From assembly GCA_963825135.1 (NCBI GenBank), contig CAWGRW010000009.1:384001-448000 (forward strand): DNA of 64,000 bases, given 5' to 3'. The notes beneath the pieces are model-generated. The model saw nothing but the letters and a program-made list of their open reading frames with translations, was not told the origin of the DNA and did no database searches. Source of the stretch: an uncultured bacterium (GTDB lineage: Bacteria; Desulfobacterota_D; UBA1144; Nemesobacterales; UBA2774). Positions 58,139-64,000 of the stretch are shown one piece after another. Position 1 is the stretch's first letter, and every line of letters starts with the position of its first letter. The position numbers and the translations under genes were made by a program.

Positions 58139-60628
58139 ATGAAATTATCGCACAGAAACGGTTACGTTCCGGATAAAACGGCATGTGAACAAACCCCGGC
58201 GCGTCCGCGTTTTCTTTTCGCGCCCCGGTTAATTCTTCTGACGGCCTTGATAGCATCGGCGTGCGTGTACTCGCCTGTCGAATCGGTATGCGCTGAATCT
58301 CCGCTTAGAAAAGAAGATAAACCCGTGATTCTCGAGACATGGCAGGTCGAGGGTCTTTCCGCCGCGCTCAGGGACCCCAATCCGAAGGTCGGGGAGGAGG
58401 CGGTCAACGAGCTTGCCAAATCAAAGAACTGGCGGGATATCCCGGAGCTCCCCTGGCTCTTGAGGGATGAAAGCTATCTAATCCGAAGGGCCGCGCTGAA
58501 TGCGGCGGGCGAGATGGGAGACTCCGAACGGGACCTGATCCCGCTCATCATCGAGAACCTGGACGACGCGAACAACGGCATCAGGTATAACGCGGCCCTT
58601 GCGCTGGAGAGGGTCGGGAACCTGGATACGAAACAGGTCCGGGCGGTTGTCCCCCTCCTCGGCGATAAGGACAAACTGGTTACCCGCGCGGCCGTCGACG
58701 TTATCGCGGGCAACCCCGAGGCCGCGGCCCCGCTCATACCCGAAATCGAACGCCTTCTGAAAGACAAAAATCCTGATGCCCGCTCCTCCGCGGCCATAGC
58801 TCTCGGCAGGACGGCGCCCGCGGGGACCGGTCAAAGCGCGAGGATAGCCAAACTTCTCAACGACGAGGACCGGAACGTGAGGATAAGCGCGGCCGTCGCT
58901 CTTGGCGAGCTGGGGGCGGAATCAAAACCCTATGCGGGTAAAATCGCGAATCTTTTGAAAGACAATTCCGAATTCGAGAGAGTCAGCGTAATAAACTCGC
59001 TCGGCAATATCGGCGATGTACCGAAAGCGGAGAGGGACCTCGTCCTCGCGCTGCTCAAGGACAAGAACAGCACCGTCAGTACAGCGGCCGCCAAGGCGCT
59101 TGGCAAGATAGCAGCGGGGAAGAGCGACACCATGGACGAGCTCGTTTACATGCTGAAGAATCTCGATCCCCACGACAGGTTGAATGCTCTGCACGCGCTC
59201 GAAGAGCTGGGGAACAACGCTCAGGATAAGGCGCCCCAGGTGGCGGAGCTGCTGAACGACCCCGAGCCCGCGATACGCATCGCCGCGATCAACGCGCTGG
59301 GGAAGATGGGAGAGCGGGGAAAAGAATACGCTCCGCAAATTATCGAGCAATTGAAGTACCCAAAGACAAACGTGGTATATACCGCGCTCATAGTATTGCG
59401 GGAGATGGGCCAGAATGGGACGAATTTCACGGACACTCTCTCGCCGCTGCTCAAAAGTAACGACAAGATAGTGAGGGCGAACGCGGCGATCGCCCTTGTG
59501 TCCATGGACGAATTCACCGAACCGCAGAAGGAGCAGATCGTGGGGATGCTGAAAAACAGGGAGAACAAGTTCCGCGGCACTTCTATCTTCATATTCAGCG
59601 AGCTCGGGGAAAAAGGGCGCCCCATGGCTCCCGCGGTGGCCGGCGTTTTAAAAGACCCCAGTCCCGTCATCAGGGCCGCGGCGCTCGAAGCCCTGGGAGA
59701 GATCGGTCCCGGCGCCGACGGACAAATGCCGCAGATCACGATGATGATGAAGGACCCCGACGAGGACGTGCGCGCTGAAGCCGTATGGGCGCTCGGACAA
59801 ATCGGTCCCCCGGCTTACCCTGAGCTGCCGGAGATGGCGAAATTGTTGAAGGACAAGTCCGCCAAGGTGCGTATCAACGCCGTGGACGCCATGCTAAGCC
59901 TGGGTGAGCCCGCAAGGAAGTATAATTCCGATATAGCGGCTCTCCTGAAAGACGAGAACGATAATGTCCGCAGGCTGACAGCGACCGCCCTCGGACGGAT
60001 GGGCGCTCAGGCGGCCGGCCAGGCGCCGAGGCTGGGTGAATTCGTAGAGCTGCGGAACGACGACGCGATAGAGAATATGAGTGGAATAATCGCCGCTATC
60101 GGAGCCCTGGGAGAGATCGGCCCCGCCGCGGCCGCCGAGTCGGACATAGTCGCCGGCACGCTTACGAGCAAGAGGCCGTTAATCCGCATCACGGCCAGGG
60201 ACGCGCTCTGGAAAATGAGCCCCATCCGGGGAAAAGACACGACGCTCAAGATTCTCGCCGCGACGTACGTCTATCCCGGGGAGTCGAACAGGCTCAGGCT
60301 GCTCGCTCATTACGGAAACGGGGGAGACGAGGCTTCGGAGCTGCTGGTTAAATGGATCGGGACGGGCGCGTATAAAATACCCCCTTCCCTGGACCGTAAA
60401 GAAGCCGCACAGGCGCTCGGCGTCTATCTCGACAACTGGGAGTTTACGGCGCAGAGGCAGAATATGCGGGAAGATTTCGTGCTGCGGATTTCCGAGACCG
60501 TGGAGGCCGGGAAATGGACCGGCGAAGACCTGCCGCTGTTAAAAAAAGCGGAGGAGGCTCTTAAATCGGGCAAATTCGAAGACCAGGCGAACGCAGTAAA
60601 CCTGAAGATAGGGAAGGTCCAGGGATAG
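58139..60628 (+). CDS. HEAT-repeat (PBS lyase-like) protein with N-terminal signal/TM
   Basis: Roughly 18 repeats of LLKDxxxxVRxxAAxALGxIG. Confidence 0.9.
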   Translation: MKLSHRNGYVPDKTACEQTPARPRFLFAPRLILLTALIASACVYSPVESVCAESPLRKEDKPVILETWQVEGLSAALRDPNPKVGEEAVNELAKSKNWRDIPELPWLLRDESYLIRRAALNAAGEMGDSERDLIPLIIENLDDANNGIRYNAALALERVGNLDTKQVRAVVPLLGDKDKLVTRAAVDVIAGNPEAAAPLIPEIERLLKDKNPDARSSAAIALGRTAPAGTGQSARIAKLLNDEDRNVRISAAVALGELGAESKPYAGKIANLLKDNSEFERVSVINSLGNIGDVPKAERDLVLALLKDKNSTVSTAAAKALGKIAAGKSDTMDELVYMLKNLDPHDRLNALHALEELGNNAQDKAPQVAELLNDPEPAIRIAAINALGKMGERGKEYAPQIIEQLKYPKTNVVYTALIVLREMGQNGTNFTDTLSPLLKSNDKIVRANAAIALVSMDEFTEPQKEQIVGMLKNRENKFRGTSIFIFSELGEKGRPMAPAVAGVLKDPSPVIRAAALEALGEIGPGADGQMPQITMMMKDPDEDVRAEAVWALGQIGPPAYPELPEMAKLLKDKSAKVRINAVDAMLSLGEPARKYNSDIAALLKDENDNVRRLTATALGRMGAQAAGQAPRLGEFVELRNDDAIENMSGIIAAIGALGEIGPAAAAESDIVAGTLTSKRPLIRITARDALWKMSPIRGKDTTLKILAATYVYPGESNRLRLLAHYGNGGDEASELLVKWIGTGAYKIPPSLDRKEAAQALGVYLDNWEFTAQRQNMREDFVLRISETVEAGKWTGEDLPLLKKAEEALKSGKFEDQANAVNLKIGKVQG

Positions 60629-60794
60629 GTCGCTCAATACCCGTACTCCGGCGCCCCGGGATATTCACCCGGTCAAATTACCATTTTTTTCAGGTATGAT
60701 TACCCCCCTTAACGAATGACGCGTTGCCGCGAAATCCTGAAACCCGGGTAACGCGGATTTCATTGAGCTGCCCAAAGGAAACAAGAGAGACTGC

Positions 60795-62036
60795 ATGTTC
60801 GGGAAAAAGATATTCTACGGCTGGTACATCGTCGCGGCCTCCCTGGTGATAATCATACTCGACGGACTCCTCCTTTATTCGTTCGGCGTATTCCTCCCTT
60901 ACCTGAACCAGGACTTCGGGCTCAGCCGCGCGGCGGGCTCGTCGCTCTTCTCTTTCAGGTCTTTAGTCCAGGCCCCCGCTTTCATACTCGCCGGGAGGAT
61001 GATAGACAGATTCGACCCGAGGGTGGTTATCTTCGGGGGCGGCCTTATCGCCGCGCTCGGGATGTTCCTTTCCGGAATCGCGGAAACGACCTGGCAGCTC
61101 TACATCTCCTACGGTTTCTGCGTGGGGCTCGGGGACGCCGTGCTTTATATCACATGCGTGGCCCTCGTCAGCAGATGGTTCGTCAAGAGGAGAGCCCTCG
61201 CAATAGGAATAATAACTACCGGAGTCCCCCTGAGCGGGCTCATTACCAACCCCCTTACGGCATGGCTGATACACGGGTTCGGCGTCAGGAACGCCCTGTT
61301 CGCCCTTGGCGCGCTCATGTTGACTGCCCTTATGGCCGCCTTCGTGCTGAGGTCCAGGCCCGAGGACAAAAACCTCAGGCCGTACGGCGAGGAGGGCACC
61401 GCGGCGGACGCGAAGACGGGCAAAAAAGGCGCCCCGGAAAATGTAAACGAATGGACGGCGCTCGAGGCGATTAAGACGCCTAATTACTGGCTCATGTATG
61501 CAATGTACTTCCTCGGATTCACGACGTTCCTTATAATCGTAACCCAGTTCTATAACTTCGAGATCGACCTCAAGGTAACGGCTCTGGCGGCGGCGGGCCC
61601 TCCGGCCGCTATAGGCCTAGGGAGCATAATAGGAAGGACGGTCCTCTCCTCCATACTCGCCGAGGTGCTGGAGTACAGAAAAGTCCTGCTCATATGCTTC
61701 CTGGCCCAGGGGAGCAGCGTTATTCTCCTGCTCGTCTTCGACCATATCTGGGCGTTTTACCTTTTCGGTTTTCTCTTCGGCTTTTTCTACAGCGCCTGGG
61801 TCCCCATATTCCCCACGCTCCTCGGAAAGTTTTTCGGACTGCGAGCGCTCGGAACCATATACGGGATATTCGGCACCTCCTATTCCATAGCGGCGATCGG
61901 CGGGCCCATACTGGCAGGATATGTGCACGACCTCACGGGGAACTACGTGTACCCGTTCGTCTTCACGATAGTATGCTGCTGCCTCGCGGCCACAGGCGCC
62001 TTTTTCATGAAGTCCCCCGTACGTAAAACGGCGTGA
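60795..62036 (+). CDS. MFS transporter (OFA/MCT-like)
   Basis: 12 TMs, GRMIDRFDPR, RWFVKRRALAIG. Confidence 0.92.
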   Translation: MFGKKIFYGWYIVAASLVIIILDGLLLYSFGVFLPYLNQDFGLSRAAGSSLFSFRSLVQAPAFILAGRMIDRFDPRVVIFGGGLIAALGMFLSGIAETTWQLYISYGFCVGLGDAVLYITCVALVSRWFVKRRALAIGIITTGVPLSGLITNPLTAWLIHGFGVRNALFALGALMLTALMAAFVLRSRPEDKNLRPYGEEGTAADAKTGKKGAPENVNEWTALEAIKTPNYWLMYAMYFLGFTTFLIIVTQFYNFEIDLKVTALAAAGPPAAIGLGSIIGRTVLSSILAEVLEYRKVLLICFLAQGSSVILLLVFDHIWAFYLFGFLFGFFYSAWVPIFPTLLGKFFGLRALGTIYGIFGTSYSIAAIGGPILAGYVHDLTGNYVYPFVFTIVCCCLAATGAFFMKSPVRKTA

Positions 62037-62145
62037 TCCCGCTCCCCGGGGGCCGGACGACAGGTCCCCTACTAATGAAAGACCGCGTCTTATATAATTT
62101 CACGAGCCGCGCTTAAGGCAGATACATCAATAAGGAGATGCGCAA

Positions 62146-63624
62146 TTGAACGAAAATACCGTCCGGTCCGTTAGGTCCGCGGGAGAGAAGCTCCTGAACG
62201 AGCTTTACGGAGAGCTGTTCATGAACCTGGCCGGGAGAAAAACCGGGACCGGGGTAACGGGCATCTACAACTCCCGAAGGGAGCTCCTCGAGCCCGATCT
62301 TTTTTTATCGTGCCGGGAGGCGGGGGACGGAGGGGAGGAGCAGGTCCGGTTTGGGCTCATATCCTCGTTCCTCGCGGGGGCATTCCTAGGGGGCAGGTCG
62401 GCAGAGCTCACCGACAGGATACTGGCGCTCGAAGCGGGTGAGGAGTTCCGTGCGGGAGGGAGAAGAATGACCGTACGGACCCTCAGGGCCGCGGCCATGA
62501 CGGAGCCAAAAAAAGATAAGAGGCGGGAGATCGAAAGCAGGAGCGGCGGAATCCTGACCCGCCTCAACGCGCTATACCTTCGGAAACTCGAAAGCCATAA
62601 CGAATGCTCCGGGGAGCTCGGATACGGGAATTACGGGGAGCTCGCGGATAAAACCTCCGGACCCGGAATTACGCGCCTGATAGAAGAAGCGGGGAGGTTT
62701 CTCAAGGATACCGATCATATCGCGGGCGATATGCTGGATTGGTTTTTTATGAAAAAGATGGAAATGAAGCTCGGGGACGCGTCCATTTCCGATATGTGTT
62801 ACCTGCTGAATTCGGCCGAGCTCAGAGGGTTTTTCCCCAAGGCCGATCCCGCGTCTTTCTCGAGGTCCGTGCTCGAAGGGCTCGGCCTGACGGCCGCGCC
62901 CGAATCGAGCTTCGATGCGGAGAGGAGAGCGGGAAAGGAGACGGACGGCGTATCGCTCCCGCTGAGCCCGCCTTTTAAATGCGCTGTCTCCATATACCCC
63001 GCGGGCGGAATTCACGATTACGAATCCCTTCTCGGATGCCTCGGCCGCGCGCTCTGCTTCGGGTTTACGGATCCGGGGGAGGACTTCGAATTCAGATACC
63101 TGAGGGACGGGGCATTCACGGACATCTTCTCCATACTGTTCGGGAGCCTGCTCTACGAGCCGAAATGGCTCGGAAAATACCTGAGAGCGGATACCGGCAG
63201 GGATTTCATGCATTTCCTGAGCCTGAGGCGCCTCATGTCGGCGAGGCTCGACGCGGGACGCGCTGTCTACGCCCGTGAGCTCTTCGGCAGCGGAGAGCGG
63301 GGCGAATTGCCCGAGATATTCTCCGAAATCATGGGCGGAGCCGCGAAGTGCAGCGCCGACCGGAACCTTTATCTGAGGGATTTCCTGGCCCCCCTCTCTA
63401 CGCCCTTCCGTTTTAAGGCGGTGCTCGCATGGCCGGGCCTCAGTCATTTCATGAAGGAATCGTTCGACGAGGAATGGTGGAGGACGGCGGGGGCGGGCGA
63501 GTTTCTGAAAGGCGTCTGGTCGGAGGGAGGAAGGGTAACGTCAGACGCGCTTACGGAGAGAACGGGATCGGCCGGGTCCGGTGCCGGCGCTCTTATTCCT
63601 ACTTTCGAAGAGAGACTCCGCTAG
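62146..63624 (+). CDS. M3-oligopeptidase-like protein lacking the HExxH zinc motif
   Basis: LGYGNY, FDAERRAGK, GGIHDYESLLGCLGRAL, FDEEWWR..AGEFLKGVW; overall M3-like layout. Confidence 0.65.
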   Translation: MNENTVRSVRSAGEKLLNELYGELFMNLAGRKTGTGVTGIYNSRRELLEPDLFLSCREAGDGGEEQVRFGLISSFLAGAFLGGRSAELTDRILALEAGEEFRAGGRRMTVRTLRAAAMTEPKKDKRREIESRSGGILTRLNALYLRKLESHNECSGELGYGNYGELADKTSGPGITRLIEEAGRFLKDTDHIAGDMLDWFFMKKMEMKLGDASISDMCYLLNSAELRGFFPKADPASFSRSVLEGLGLTAAPESSFDAERRAGKETDGVSLPLSPPFKCAVSIYPAGGIHDYESLLGCLGRALCFGFTDPGEDFEFRYLRDGAFTDIFSILFGSLLYEPKWLGKYLRADTGRDFMHFLSLRRLMSARLDAGRAVYARELFGSGERGELPEIFSEIMGGAAKCSADRNLYLRDFLAPLSTPFRFKAVLAWPGLSHFMKESFDEEWWRTAGAGEFLKGVWSEGGRVTSDALTERTGSAGSGAGALIPTFEERLR

Positions 63625-63636
63625 TGAGGCGAGATA

Positions 63637-64000
63637 TCAGGGGACGGCAGCGTCGATCTTCTTCTGAAGCTCGATCATCGGCAGCTGGCTCACCCGGATC
63701 GCGCCCCCCAGGCTGCGGTCTATATCGGCGATAAGGTAAATGACAGCCGAGAAGGTGAGTGCGAGGAGAAGGCTTATGACAACGCTCCTTCCTCCCGTAA
63801 TCCCGAACTGATAGCCTACGGCTCCCATCGCTAAGACGGTAACGAAAATGAGGGCATACCATATGACGGCGGGAATACGGTACATGAGGGCCACGGTAAC
63901 TCTCTTGGTATGAAAATCTATAACCTCGTTAAGCGATTCTATGTAGCTTGACGTGATCTCCTGGTTCGGGGTTTTCGCCACTGCCTCGACCGACCGGGAC
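63637..64000 (-). CDS. DUF4239/bestrophin-like membrane protein, 5' end beyond the window
   Basis: SLNEVID..R..RIPAVIW, two TMs, LIADIDRS..GAIRVS. Confidence 0.75.
   Translation of the reverse strand, partial: SRSVEAVAKTPNQEITSSYIESLNEVIDFHTKRVTVALMYRIPAVIWYALIFVTVLAMGAVGYQFGITGGRSVVISLLLALTFSAVIYLIADIDRSLGGAIRVSQLPMIELQKKIDAAVP

Noticed and set aside
1..64000. tRNA, rRNA, transposase, integrase or prophage genes
   Set aside because: None recognised by eye or in the ORF track.

Overview
A 64-kb piece of a GC-rich bacterial chromosome. It is Gram-negative, judging by the TolC-type factor and outer-membrane-type C-termini. The gene content (IPTL-CTERM protein, glyoxylate enzymes, phasin) would fit a Desulfobacterota-related lineage such as Ca. 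Dadabacteria, but that is only an inference. It carries about 50 genes. These cover central metabolism (a fused malate synthase-isocitrate lyase running off the left edge and missed by the ORF track, split transhydrogenase pntAA/AB/B, NDH-2, an orphan nuoF, lhgO-like oxidase, fumC), an RND efflux operon, a rhodanese-SufE-SufU cluster, an ECF sigma/anti-sigma/PspA/vWA module, hisS and several large repeat proteins. A c-di-GMP-I (GEMM) riboswitch lies upstream of a 1390-aa TIR/NDT-like-TPR protein. The intergenic spacers are full of REP-like palindromes of at least seven families. The most striking unexplained structure is a ~90-bp element present seven times: (AAT/GTT)TTGG - 51-53 nt variable core - CGACC - covarying hairpin - GTT. 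Six copies sit inside REP palindromes of four different families, and the seventh is nested inside another copy. No mobilising enzyme is visible in the window.
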